From Octopus bimaculoides (taxonomy: Eukaryota): a stretch of DNA of 64,000 nt. Position numbers and translations under genes: made by a program. Under the pieces are notes generated by a model that was given only the letters and a program-made list of their open reading frames with translations, was not told the origin of the DNA and made no database searches. Location of the stretch: positions 51,769,845 through 51,833,844 of the forward strand of contig NC_068981.1 in the NCBI RefSeq assembly GCF_001194135.2, given 5' to 3'. Of this stretch, positions 14,966-26,618 are shown piece after piece. Position 1 is the first letter of the stretch, and each line of letters starts with the position of its first letter.

Positions 14966-16580
14966 TGATCATGCATTTTAACTATCTCTAATTGAAAGCA
15001 GAACCACTCAGCCTGTTTATTTCAGCTTGACTACTTCTCCCTGTTAAATAAAATTTTATCTATAATCTATTTCTCTTTCTTAGTTTTTGCTGTTTTTGTC
15101 TTTCTGAAAGTATACATCTACTGGAGAATTTATTAGGATATATCACAGATATTTTATGAGAAATTTTCGACAAAATTGTTGTAGCTTAAAAATAGCGATT
15201 GGAAAAGGCTGAGGTATTGATCTCTATAACCAAAATAGCTTTTCCGACTTGAAAGTTTTATTGTATTTTATGGCCTGCTCAATGATTTTAGTCCAACTTT
15301 AATAAGTAGCAGGGACAGAATATATCAATATATTTCCTTGCTTGACTGAGTTGCAAGGCCTGAGTTAATCAAAGACAATTGTGATATTTTTCATAAGGCT
15401 TTAAGTGTAGGCAGGTGGAAGTAGAAATACAAAACGGAAAGAAAAAAAAATATAGAAAACGTATGAAGTACGGAAGAATGTATCACAGGAAGAAATTATT
15501 TTCTCTTCTTTCTAAAAATTGAGGTAGCGTCCAGTCAAAATAGAAGGAAGAATGTGTTTAAGAAATGTAAGTAGAGAATACTTATTGTCGGGGGAAAAAA
15601 ATAAAAGAAAAATTTCCAAAATGTATAGTGTGTCTATAAATGACAAAAAAGAAAAGAACATCAAGAACAAGAACAAAAAAAAACGGAAATGAGAGAAAGA
15701 TGTGGTATGAAGATGGGAAGAGAAAAAATATTACAGTGATGAAATTGACAGGTTGTTAATAGAGAAGTTGGTAGTATTTTGTTTTAATGAATGTTAAATA
15801 TATATAACCACTAACAACGAAGGAAGGAAAGTTTAAAAAGGATGAAAATATATATGAATAGCTGTTTTTATTGATGACTGCCAAAAGTTCTGTAGCGGTG
15901 AGTGTGAAATATCTTGCAAAACAATTAGTTTTCTGCATGTTCTGCGTTCAAATCTCAGTGTGGCTCCCTTTCTTATGGCTTCAATAAAATAAGTTGAAAA
16001 ATATTTACTATAATAAATTCTATTGGTTACACTTCTTGCACAAAAGTTTAAGTTAGAATGCTGCCAATCAATTAGAAATTCAGTAAATCACGTATAATAA
16101 TTCCAGGTCGTCTTTACCCGTGAAATTGCTATAAGTTGGTTAGACGGTAGCATTCAGTTTAAACCTATAATGGAACGCAACTAAAACAAAGATGTAGGCA
16201 TCGGAATAATCCTAGAGTGATGCTAGTCATAAGGAATTTGCAAAGCATTTAAATCTATTTTTGTTTTAGGTGCTTTGTGAAATAATGAGTTTGGTTTGGA
16301 GTGATACAACCTTGCTACATATACTAGAATATATAGATAATCAGTCAAAAGATGAAATAGTGGAAGAATACTGTTAAAGCAGATTTTGCCTATCAAAAAT
16401 GTGGTCAATATTATCATAATGTGTGACAGTGGACAACCCACATGTTCTCAATATAAGATTTACAACTATTCAAGGATCAATTAAAGCAGGATTTTGAATT
16501 GAATCTAAACATTTGAGATGCAATGATGTATATTTAATACGCTTGGCTATCATTAAGGCCAAGTATTTAGGTATGAATAA

Positions 16581-16949
16581 TTGAAGAATACTATCTCATG
16601 TGAAGTGGTAACGCAATGTTATAAGTGTATATATTTTGGTAATATTGAAGGCCGCCAGTTCTCGAGTAGCCATGACAATCGATTTATTTCTCCACGTCAA
16701 TTTCCACGAACATATGCATGCCGCGTGATAGATATAAAATTCGTGATCTCGGCTATATGAATCATGATACAGGATTGTATTTATGCTATCAACATAAGTT
16801 GTTTCAGTAAGAATAGAGTTTACATTTGCTGTGGTGATGTGTGTAATGATAACAGAGAACACGTTGGTGCTAGCCGAGACCTCGTACAAGTGGAAGATAA
16901 ACAAATGCATTGACGATTGTTTTATGGTATGTCGATATGTATTTTCTAA
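16581..16949 (+). pseudogene. Candidate Ly6/uPAR (three-finger, quiver-like) domain remnant
   Basis: One frame reads VTQCYKC..YACRV..AI*IMIQDC..ISC..YICCGDVCND..QMH*RLFYGMSICIF*. It has CYxC at the start and CC-GDV-CN at the end; in-frame TGA codons at 16758 and 16911. Confidence 0.4.
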
Positions 16950-17676
16950 AACCTAACAGTGATTACGATACTTATATTAACGATACTTATATTAACGATA
17001 CTTTGATTGCTGTTTAGCTAAACTGTGACGGTTACATAATTGGTTAGAGTTTTAGGGTTTATAATTGAAGATACATTGGGAAAGAACTGCTGGTTAAAAT
17101 TACATGCAAATGCTTGATTTAATGTTGGTAACAAAGCAAGTAGACGGATCAAATGCCACGAGATTTCATCAGGAATTAAAATCATATCTAAATTAGTTCT
17201 GCAATCTAGAAAAAGGTTAATTTACTCTAAGGTTATCACTATCAAGGGAAATTGAGATTGGCTGTAGCAAGCGAAAGCCGATATTTATGAATTTTCGCGG
17301 GAAGCTATGATTATTATTCAGGAATTACACATATAAACGCTATGTGAATCGAAAATTCAATGGTATGCGTGTGGGTGGCAAATGATATTTATAGTTGTGT
17401 TCTTGGGGTTTTTCAGTGAGGTGAATGAGCCAATTACTTTACTCCTCTCTTTAGCTCAAGTTTTATACCTATTACCTAATCTTTCAGTAAAACCTCCTCT
17501 AACTAAAGCAATATTCTAGTAGCTGAAGTACCACTGTCTGAACAAAGAGTCTTTATAAACGCTATCAGGTTTTAGAATGTTACCTATGTAAATAATGTTT
17601 TCATTCAGTTCTCAGTCGGGCCAGAGTATTACTGTTAAACCAAACTCCTATTTAAATATTTCTACTAAATTCTTTT

Positions 17677-18805
17677 ACGTTCGCTCGTTGCTGCACTTGC
17701 TCCTACCTCTCCAAAACCACTATCCTCACCGGCACCCATCATGGTCCCTATCATATCACTGACTCCTTTACATGCACTTCTAGCAATGTCATTTACTGCA
17801 TCTCCTGCTCTTTCTGTCCTCTGTACATCGGTCAAACGGGACGCCGCTTGGCTGACAGGTTCGTGGAACATTTCCGAGACATTAGTCTCGGCAACGACAC
17901 CCCGGTCTCGCACCATTTCCGCTCTACCGGTCATTCATTACAACATCTGTCTGTGTTTGGATTGTCCTTGCACAGGGGCCATCCAGACTCCCGCCTTCGC
18001 CGTGAACAGCAATTAATCTTCTCTCTTCGCTCCTTTGCGCCACATGTGCTCAACTCCCCTCCTTCTTCATCTGACTCCCCCTCTCCCTCTCTTCATCTCA
18101 CACCTACCTCTTCTCTTCACTCCTACCCACCTCTCCTCTCTTGCCCTGACACCTACTTCCTCTCTTCCATTCACATCCCACCCTTACACGTCCCAACTCC
18201 ACCTTCCCAACACATCCCAACCCCACCAAACCGCCTCCACACATACCACTCCCACATACCCTTCCCCTACACTCACATCCTCACTCCAAACCCACACCCC
18301 ACCCTCGCATCTCCACACCCCAACACCGCCACACCACATCACAACACACTGCACACACTAGCACCGACCACTTTGCAGCTCCCACACCACATCATGCCGC
18401 ATCACACCAAACGACATCACCCCACTCCGCACACACTAGCACTAACTACTTCTCAGCACCCACACCACCATTCACATACTCACACATTACACACACGCTC
18501 ACATCCACACGCGCACACACACTCTCACATATGCACCTGCACCTTCGTTTTGGGATCACCAATATTTATTATCTCCCCTTCTTTTTAGCTCTTCTGTCTA
18601 GCCACCTCTGTCCAGTCAGCCACCCTAATTGACCGCTAGCCCCTAAAGCTGTTTTAATTCTCTCTCTGTTTATTCTCTCATATTCCTTTCTGTTGAAAAG
18701 CGTAGGCTCGAAACGTAAGACTTTCTCACCTTACCGAGCGTTAAACTAATACACCTGTTTGTTGTTTATACACCTGTCTTCGTCTTTTGTTTTTCTGTAA
18801 ATTCC

Positions 18806-18808
<3 letters not shown>
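17677..18808 (+). mobile_element. Penelope-like element (Neptune-type), 5'-truncated: GIY-YIG endonuclease, C/A-rich tail and terminal repeat
   Basis: Open frame 17656-18588 reads ARCCTCSYL..FTCTSSNVIYCISCSFCPLYIGQTGRRLADRFVEH..PVSHHF..RLRREQQLIFSL (VIY..YIG and CxxC motifs). Ends ctgtaaattccaac(ta)n. Confidence 0.92.
18686..18721 (+). ncRNA. Degenerate minimal type I hammerhead-like motif in the PLE terminal repeat
   Basis: CTTT-CTGTTGA-A-AAGC-GTAG-GCTC-GAAA-CGT-AAG. The core has A6>U and stem II has one mismatch. Confidence 0.5.

Positions 18809-18847
<39 letters not shown>
18809..18847. repeat. (TA)n separating two inverted PLE ends
   Basis: Directly visible. Confidence 0.98.
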
Positions 18848-18849
<2 letters not shown>

Positions 18850-20390
18850 TTCAAACTTGCAGAAAACATAAAACGAAGACAGGTGAGGGAGCAAAAAGCA
18901 TAACACGAAGACAGGTGTATAAGTTTGACGCTCAGAGAGAATTGAAAAGTCTTTCATGTTTCGAGCCTACGCTCTTTGACAGAAAGGGTTGAGAGGGAAA
19001 AAATGAAGAGAGAAAAATGTGTAGGTATTAACAGCTCAACGTAATGAAATGACCGGAAGAGAGACGCTGAGTGAAGGGGAGATAATAACGATTATTCGGC
19101 TGAACTAAGGTGCGCAAGCGCGTGTGTGTATGTAAGAGAATGGGGTCTGTGAGTGTGTATGTGCTAATGGGGCGAGTGCGTGTGAATGTATGCATGGGTG
19201 GACTTAAAAATTATATAGACTAGTATGTGCATCTGGGAGCGTCTGGGAATATGTGCATAAGTAACTCAATGTGTGCATTATGTGGAGTATTGTGTATATT
19301 TATGTTCGAAAGTTTTATGTGTTTATGCGTGTTGCGTGCATGTACATTGTGTGTTTTTAGGAATGAATATTGCATGTTGTGGAGGAAGGCATGGAGGTCC
19401 GAGGGGGAATAAGGGTGATGGGATTTAAGGATTGGGAGGTATTGGATGCTAGTGCGTGTGGAATGCTACTGTGTTAGTGTGTCTAATGGTGTGTTAGTGT
19501 GTCTAATGGTGTGTGGTGCGAGTTGAACAGTGTAAGTGGATGTTTGTGAAATTGTTTGGTGAGGGTACTGAGTTAGGCGGTGTACAGGTGTGTGTGGGGG
19601 TGTTAGGGGCCGTTAAAGGTCGGAGGTGTATGGGAGTATGTATGAGGTTGGTTTTAGATGTAGAGAGGTTGCGAATTAAGGCAAGGAAGAGCAAAGTAAT
19701 GAAGAGAGATCTCTGTATATAAGTTTGACATGGATCTTAGGTCTCTCAGTATTTTCTGCTGATTGTAGTGTTGGTCCTTTTCATAATATGTTGTCTTCTG
19801 ATATGGATAGTACTGGAGTTATATACTATACCGTGTCCATTAAGACAACTGTACTCTTTTTATCAGCCTCTTTGATTGTTATTGTTTTGTCATCATTTAC
19901 TTTGTTCAGCTCAGCCCATTCCTTTTTGCTGAAGTTTGGTTTTTGTTTTTGTTTGTGCATATGTTGATATGGGTAATTCAAGATGTGTTCACAGAAATGA
20001 TCAAGAGTTTTGTTCTTACCTTTTGAGGAGGTGTAGTTACTTCTGTTTCGGATGAATGATTCATCCACGTTGTTTTTGTCGTATAGCTCCTCAGCGAGTC
20101 ATAATTTGCTCCAGAATTCAGCGATGTCTTCTTTCATTTCGTAGTTGGGGCGTTGTGGGGTGGGTGTAAATTTGAGCCCTCTGGAGAGTATAATGATTTG
20201 GTTTGCTGTTAGTTCTTTGTGAGTTAGATTCATTGACAATTTTTATCACTTTTGGTTCCTCCTGTCTGTTTGGTGCTATCTCGTGTCTTTGTGTTTGTGT
20301 ATTGGGTCTAGAAAATGAGTGCGGTGGATGGGAAGTTGGTAATTATTATGTGTGGTACGGGTTTGTTGTGAATGGTTGTTTAGTAGATTG
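18848..20390 (-). mobile_element. Second Penelope-like element, internally deleted (N-terminal ORF part joined to tail and terminal repeat)
   Basis: Minus strand reads NLTHKELT..LSRGLKFTPTP..KPNFSKKEWAEL..TIKEADKKSTVVLMD (PLE pre-RT motifs). It passes near 19700 into a C/A-rich tail; its terminus 18848-19010 is homologous to 18650-18808. Confidence 0.85.
18949..18986 (-). ncRNA. Degenerate hammerhead-like motif in the second PLE terminus
   Basis: Reverse complement is CTTT-CTGTCAA-A-GAGC-GTAG-GCTC-GAAA-CAT-G-AAAG: perfect stem II and stem I, mutated core. Confidence 0.45.
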
Positions 20391-20434
20391 TCGGAATGAA
20401 AATTTTTTTGGTAACTCCTTATGGCGGGGAGGAG

Positions 20435-20525
20435 TTTGCAATGTCTTGCCCAAGTTGCTGCGCGCAGAGGGTTTGAACCCCAAGACTACATGTTTGGGAA
20501 GCGATATTCTTAACCACACAGTCTC
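20435..20525 (-). mobile_element. Degraded SINE family A head
   Basis: gtcttgcccaagttgctgcgc..gaacc..atgtttgggaagc..ttaaccacacag matches the reverse complement of the family A 5' end. Confidence 0.6.
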
Positions 20526-21739
20526 GCTCTATTTTCCAAATATATTTCAGACATTTCAATTATTAATAATAAATGCTGTTTGGAGTAGGTGTTTGCAATC
20601 TTAGCTCTATTATGAAATATACAACAATGTACTTTCTGTGTCTTTCTAACACTAACACCTGCGTTTCTAAGCAAGCATTAAAGTTGAATGTTTGCATTAC
20701 CCAGATGTCTCAATAGCTATTATTAATTTCTAAATGTATTTATAGAGGTATGCATAATTTGAAGTCATATCATCATATCATTATAGGATTATTAATAAAC
20801 TAGCTAACGTACCCGGTAGTATCCGGGAAAGCGGGGTTTATTGCTTGGTTCCATTTTCATAATTGTTTCGCTAATCCAATAACAACAGTACAAAGTATGT
20901 AGCCTTTAAAATGTTTTTTGTGCATTTACAAAGAATACCAAACTGTCTTACACAGGATCTTGTTTTTAAGGATTCTCAATAAGTTATGAATACTCAAATT
21001 GTGAAATCAGTTATGTAATAACATGAAATTAGTTACCCGATAGTAAGAATTCAAATAAAGTAGCCCCGAAACTAGCTTTAATGCGTTCCCAGCGTATATA
21101 AAACATAGGAGGAAATATTAATAAGGTATGTATACTAAAATCGTGAGGCATGTTACATAATAACAGGCTAATCAGATATGAGATAATAACAATTCAAAGT
21201 AAATAACTCAGAAAAAGTCTCGTGTGCGTTCCCAGAGAATATTACTCTCATCGGCGCTAGTGTTAGTATATTCGTGAATAAGTCACTAACCGAAATAAGT
21301 GGATCTATTGTTTAGGAAAATACTATTTACTTGTTTAAGTGTTGTACTGGATAAATTGCGAAAATAACAGTTCAAATACTAAGAAATAAGCATACGCAAT
21401 TGGATTTATACCAAATGATATAGGAAAATTAATGGGTTATTTCTTTTGGCTGTTGAAATATAGGCTAATGGGTTATTTCGCTTGGATGTTAAAATGAAAT
21501 ATATTAGATATATATAAGGACCCCATCCAAGGGCACTAATATCGATTTTTCTCAACAATCTGAGTATAGCATGAGGTTTCCAGATGAGTTCTACTTACAA
21601 AATCGGTAAAACGATGTAGGAGGAGTTAGCTGACAACTTCACAAACACACCCACAGACAGAATTTCACACATATGTAGTAGACATTTCTGAAAATGTATA
21701 TATGAAAAATGTAGTACGGTTATGTTAGCAAATAAGAAC

Positions 21740-21780
21740 ATATGTGCAATGATACAACGTGGTATATANNNNNNNNNNNN

Positions 21781-21818
<38 letters not shown>

Positions 21819-22080
21819 ACACATACATACCCATGTAAGCATTCATGCCTTTTGATTGAATATTCTCATAATTTAGTAGATAGATAGATAGAGAGAGAGA
21901 GACAGAGAGAGAGAGACAGAGAGACAGAAGAATAGATAAATAGATATAAACATAAATTCGAATTGATACGTATATATATATTCGTACATACACATATGTG
22001 TATATATATGTGCGTATTAGTGTGTGTGTGTGTGTGTGCGTGTGCGTGTGTATGTGTGTGTGTGTGTGTGTTTGTGAGCG
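21740..22080. repeat. Compound microsatellites (TA, GATA, GA, GACA, GT)
   Basis: Directly visible, with a small gap at 21769-21780. Confidence 0.95.
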
Positions 22081-22719
22081 AGTACTTACATTTTTAAATA
22101 TAAATCAAAACAAAGAAAACAAAGAAAACGAACAAAATTAGGTATTTTGAACATCATGTTTGGAAATATGGAAAAGGTTTTTTCGAAAAATTAATCACGC
22201 TTTCTTTCGTTAGGGTTTAGGCTAAATACGTTTCACGAATGTCTGGAATGGATGTGAAAGATGACTGAATCATTCAAACCCACGCTACATAATATATATT
22301 ATCTTTGCCATTATATTTTTCAATAATAATAGTCATTATTTTTTCTTTGTATAATTGAGAAAAGTAATTTCGTGGTCTAAACTTTTTTTTTTTTCAACAT
22401 CGGCAAAATTTCAATTAGAAATCTTCATATTTATTTCCCCCTTGAAAATTCTCACTTCACGTTCTATTCGATTGTCAATAATCTGTATATATCGCACTCA
22501 TTTCGTGACTGTTACTGAATAACGGCTGTCTACAAACTTAATTACCGAAATAATAAAGGATACATAAAACATTATGTATCATAAACATAGCGATAAATAA
22601 GCTTTATTACTATAAAATTCGTGTACGATCGAAATGTGTTATGAGTACATTTTGAATACTGGAGACTTACAATAGTACACAATACTTTAACAACAGCATC
22701 ACGTCTTAAATTCCAAAAT

Positions 22720-23055
22720 CTGTGTGTATATATGCATGTGTGTATGAATCCATATGTCAATATATATGTATATGTATGTAATGCGTGTATACATACTCAT
22801 ATGTATATATGCATGTATATATATATGTATATATATATCTATATATATGTTTATACTATATATATATATACATATACGCACACACATATATATACATATA
22901 TACACATATATATGAATATATATACATACATATATATATATATATATACATACATATATACATATATATGAATATATATATATATATATATATATATAAA
23001 CATATATACATATATATATATATTTATATTATGTGTGTGTATACATATATATATT
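22720..23055. repeat. Degenerate (TA)/(TG)/(CA) low-complexity array
   Basis: Directly visible. Confidence 0.95.
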
Positions 23056-23115
23056 TTTTTTTTTATAATGTACTATAGAATATATAAATTGCTTTTTTTT
23101 TTGTTTTGTTTCTAG

Positions 23116-23360
23116 CTTAAACAAAAAGGAACTAGACATCCTCCTCTCCAACAGCACTGGTCAACATGAGGTACAGACGAAAGCAACGGGATCTAACTCC
23201 TTATACATCAAAGGGGCCAACAGCTGGGACAGAGGCACATACAGGAGTGGTGATGTGAAACACCCCAAGCTGAGGAAATTAGCTAGACCATGGTGGTGCT
23301 CCAACATGACCGCAACTGCATGGCTGAATCGAGTAAAAGAGTAAAAGAGTAATTAAGAGT
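23116..23360 (+). mobile_element. Probable 3' end of an RTE-clade LINE sharing its tail with SINE family A
   Basis: TRHPP..QHW and, in another frame, SWDRGTYR resemble the RTE C-terminal GRP..W / DR..WR motifs. From about 23294, ggtgctccaacatgaccgca..gagtaaaagagtaaaagag matches the family A tail, while upstream sequence does not match the SINE body. Confidence 0.5.
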
Positions 23361-23517
23361 TATTCAAATCTGCTCACTGGATTCGAAACATACAGCCAAT
23401 ACTTCCCTCCTTCGGTTTTTGCCTATGCGCGTGTTCGTCGTATTACACAGTGTTTGAATTTTAAAAAGAACTAGTTTTTAGTACATTACCGTATTGGAAC
23501 AAAATGCTGTTAACTTG

Positions 23518-23542
23518 ATGTGTGTGTGTGTGCGTTTGTGTC

Positions 23543-23580
<38 letters not shown>

Positions 23581-23871
23581 TATGTGTCTGTGTGTTTGTG
23601 CATGCGCGCGTATGTGTGCGTATGCACGCGCGCGCGCGCGTGTGTGTGTGTGTGTGAAGTTAAATACCAGTCATATCGTCGACATCACACTGAGACAAGG
23701 GTGAAAAAGCCGAAAGTTTAACAATGTCTGTTGTCCTCTCCAGATCCACATAAAACCATTTAACGAAAGCATGATCCTTGTTACGAATTGTTACACGTAC
23801 ATACATGCACACACACACACACAGACACACACACACACACAGACACACACACACACACACATCTATACATG

Positions 23872-23917
<46 letters not shown>

Positions 23918-23950
23918 TAGACAGATAGATAGATAGATAGATAGATACGT
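23518..23950. repeat. (GT)n, (GC)n, (AC)n, (GACA)n and (GATA)n arrays around a 130-bp unique spacer
   Basis: Directly visible. Confidence 0.93.
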
Positions 23951-24945
23951 TAAGTATGACTCACAAATGAGGTTTATCTTCACACGTATATCTGACTCCC
24001 TAATATTTATAGAAAACAAATCGTTTTTATATATCTTTTGGGGGTTTTAATGTATAGTGTGCAGATGGAGTCGCATATCTTATTCAATTACTCATTATCT
24101 ACTTTCTTTTAGCAATACTTATATCGTTCATTCTTTCCCCCAATAACAGTACACACTTCGCAGCTATATATTCCATCACATTGAAACATAATTCTCTAGA
24201 CAATTCTTCGAAAACTCTAACTCCCTCTTTATTTTGGATAAATGGTAACGAACACCGCACAGATGTTTCATGTGGTAGACTTGATAATTATCAACGGCTT
24301 TCCTAACATGAAACGAATGGTAGACTTAATCCACAAATAAAGCATACACACAAGCACACACAAACACACACAAACACACACACACACACACGCACACATA
24401 TACGTAGTCAATTAAAAACATCACAGAGAAAAAGAAAACGAAAAATACAAAGTACGTGGCACAAGCAATGTATTAATAAGACGGTCAGAGAAGGAGAAGT
24501 GTAGCAGTTTTATGTTTTGAGCATAGCTCTTCTACAGAAACAAGGAAAAACAGGAAAATCCAACAATCACGTGCGGCTATATTTTTTAAGTATATATATA
24601 TATATATNNNNNNNNNNNNNNNNNNNNNNNNNNNNNNNNNNNNNNNNNNNNNNNNNNNNNNNNNNNNNNNNNNNNNNNNNNNNNNNNNNNNNNNNNNNNN
24701 NNNNNNNNNNNNNNNNNNNNNNNNNNNNNNNNNNNNNNNNNNNNNNNNNNNNNNNNNNNNNNNNNNNNNNNNNNNNNNNNNNNNNNNNNNNNNNNNNNNN
24801 NNNNNNNNNNNNNNNNNNNNNNNNNNNNNNNNNNNNNNNNNNNNNNNNNNNNNNNNNNNNNNNNNNNNNNNNNNNNNNNNNNNNNNNNNNNNNNNNNNNN
24901 NNNNNNNNNNNNNNNNNNNNNNNNNNNNNNNNNNNNNNNNNNNNN

Positions 24946-25281
24946 AGTAGCTTGCTTACCACCCACATGGTTCTGGGTTCAGTCCCACTGCGTGGCACCT
25001 TGGGCAAGTGTCTTCTACTATAGCCTCTGGCCGACCAAAGCCTTGTGAGTGGATTTGGTAGACGGAAACTGAAAGAAGTCCGTCGTATATATGTATATGT
25101 ATGTGTGTGTTTGTGTGTCTGTGTTTTGTCTCCCAACATCACTTGACAACCGATGCTGGTGTGTTTACGTCCCCGTAACTTAGCGGTTCGGCAAAAGGGA
25201 CCGATAGAATAAGTACTAGGCCTCCAAAGAATGAACATGGCCGCAGTCAAATGACTGAAACAAGTAAGAGAGTAAAAGAGT
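24946..25281 (+). mobile_element. SINE family A (head cut by the gap, short 3' internal deletion)
   Basis: agtagcttgcttacc..ggcaccttgggcaagtgtcttc..gaaacaagtaagagagtaaaagag. Confidence 0.92.
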
Positions 25282-26563
25282 ATATATATATATATATNNN
25301 NNNNNNNNNNNNNNNNNNNNNNNNNNNNNNNNNNNNNNNNNNNNNNNNNNNNNNNNNNNNNNNNNNNNNNNNNNNNNNNNNNNNNNNNNNNNNNNNNNNN
25401 NNNNNNNNNNNNNNNNNNNNNNNNNNNNNNNNNNNNNNNNNNNNNNNNNNNNNNNNNNNNNNNNNNNNNNNNNNNNNNNNNNNNNNNNNNNNNNNNNNNN
25501 NNNNNNNNNNNNNNNNNNNNNNNNNNNNNNNNNNNNNNNNNNNNNNNNNNNNNNNNNNNNNNNNNNNNNNNNNNNNNNNNNNNNNNNNNNNNNNNNNNNN
25601 NNNNNNNNNNNNNNNNNNNNNNNNNNNNNNNNNNNNNNNNNNNNNNNNNNNNNNNNNNNNNNNNNNNNNNNNNNNNNNNNNNNNNNNNNNNNNNNNNNNN
25701 NNNNNNNNNNNNNNNNNNNNNNNNNNNNNNNNNNNNNNNNNNNNNNNNNNNNNNNNNNNNNNNNNNNNNNNNNNNNNNNNNNNNNNNNNNNNNNNNNNNN
25801 NNNNNNNNNNNNNNNNNNNNNNNNNNNNNNNNNNNNNNNNNNNNNNNNNNNNNNNNNNNNNNNNNNNNNNNNNNNNNNNNNNNNNNNNNNNNNNNNNNNN
25901 NNNNNNNNNNNNNNNNNNNNNNNNNNNNNNNNNNNNNNNNNNNNNNNNNNNNNNNNNNNNNNNNNNNNNNNNNNNNNNNNNNNNNNNNNNNNNNNNNNNN
26001 NNNNNNNNNNNNNNNNNNNNNNNNNNNNNNNNNNNNNNNNNNNNNNNNNNNNNNNNNNNNNNNNNNNNNNNNNNNNNNNNNNNNNNNNNNNNNNNNNGTA
26101 TATAGAGGAATATATTATTTTGTTTAAAAGAGTTCCAACACTGTCTGTTTTTTATGTTTTATTTATATTCCTGCAGAACCAATGTGGGATATAGAATATG
26201 GAATATACAATATATAATATAATATACAATATATAATATGAAATAAAATAAAAATGGATGGCACCATGAAATAAAGTATTGAATGTAGATGAAATATTGA
26301 GTGTTCAATATAAAGGATCAAATATATAAATATAAATATATATATATAAAGGCGACTCGAGTTTCAGGGTTATTTCCCTTCGCCATGGCCCGTATGACAG
26401 ACTTGCATGTGCGTGACTGCGCCGGTGTTTGTTCTTCACCATCGCTTTACAACCGTTGTTGGTGGTGGGTTTAGTCTACTTTCACGTAATTTTGTAGTTC
26501 GGCCGGAAATATGTTTGTATATTTACACACATACACACAGACACACAGACACACACACAGACA

Positions 26564-26618
<55 letters not shown>

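Noticed and set aside
16596-16910. 104-aa minus-strand ORF as a gene
   Set aside because: No recognisable motif; it is probably the antisense shadow of the Cys-rich plus-strand frame.
16963-17001. 16-bp unit acgatacttatatta(a) repeated about 2.5 times
   Set aside because: Ordinary slippage duplication with no sign of function.
17160-17175. Other isolated CTGANGA strings (e.g. 322, 10575, minus strand at 17165, 33195, 38666)
   Set aside because: None has a downstream stem II plus GAAA and stem I pairing, so they are not hammerheads.
18020-18588. His/Pro/Thr-rich extension of the 246-aa ORF as a novel protein
   Set aside because: It is read-through into the low-complexity C/A-rich PLE tail, which lacks stop codons for compositional reasons.
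23117-23344. Ig-domain exon (acceptor at 23114-15; SLYIKGANSWDRGTYRS resembles LxIxxxxxxDxGxYxC)
   Set aside because: The key Cys is Ser, there is no good donor after the motif, and the frame runs into a retroposon tail. An RTE DR..WR motif explains it more simply, but it is not fully excluded.
24517-26105. Long ORFs rich in X (also at 4.1, 6.4, 11.1, 29.7, 31.6, 35.1, 37.7, 44.7 and 54.0 kb)
   Set aside because: Their length comes from N-gaps.
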